Shown here: one piece after another, positions 48,765 through 48,802 of the stretch
How positions within the stretch are numbered: position 1 is the first letter of the stretch
How the letters are laid out: each line of letters starts with the position of its first letter
Source of the DNA: Octopus bimaculoides
Taxonomy: Eukaryota
Length of the DNA stretch: 48,802 nt
Assembly: GCF_001194135.2 (NCBI RefSeq)
Contig: NC_068999.1
Coordinates: 6,229,914 to 6,278,715 of the forward strand
Reading direction: 5' to 3'
The notes under the pieces: model-generated
The model's input: only the letters and a program-made list of their open reading frames with translations
Databases searched by the model: none
What the model was told of the DNA's origin: nothing
Made by a program: the position numbers and the translations under genes

Positions 48765-48802
<38 letters not shown>

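Overview
Repeat-saturated eukaryotic genomic DNA from a gapped short-read assembly (17 N gaps). The extreme di/tri/tetranucleotide microsatellite load and two very abundant tRNA-derived SINE families suggest an octopus (coleoid cephalopod) genome; this is pattern recognition, not a database result. I recognise no host protein-coding exon, and almost all ORFs in the track are microsatellite or N-gap read-through. The supportable content is a fossil record of mobile elements: about 12 copies or fragments of SINE family A (internal TA/TG microsatellite), about 20 of SINE family B (including two head-to-tail arrays), six distinct 3' fragments of restriction-like-endonuclease (RLE) non-LTR retrotransposons (three R4/Dong-like pieces abutting (AAT)n arrays), one RTE 3' end, an internally deleted Penelope-like element (PLE), Tc1/mariner remnants, two pogo/Tigger-type MITEs and a small Helitron-like element. 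The best signal is invisible in the ORF track: several hammerhead ribozyme folds. The strongest (43293-43349) is an extended type I hammerhead with Schistosoma Sm-alpha-like tertiary elements (stem I UAC bulge, loop II CAAAUA, GUC cleavage triplet). It lies inside a ~358-nt unit with ~100-nt terminal redundancy, the layout expected of a non-LTR retrozyme (circular-RNA-derived retroelement). Minimal PLE-type hammerheads with variant cores occur at 8570-8605 (-) and 11054-11090 (+), with degenerate ones at 22075-22111 and 30796-30833. All structures were folded by eye and none is experimentally verified. Repeat boundaries are approximate to about 10-20 nt unless termini are quoted.
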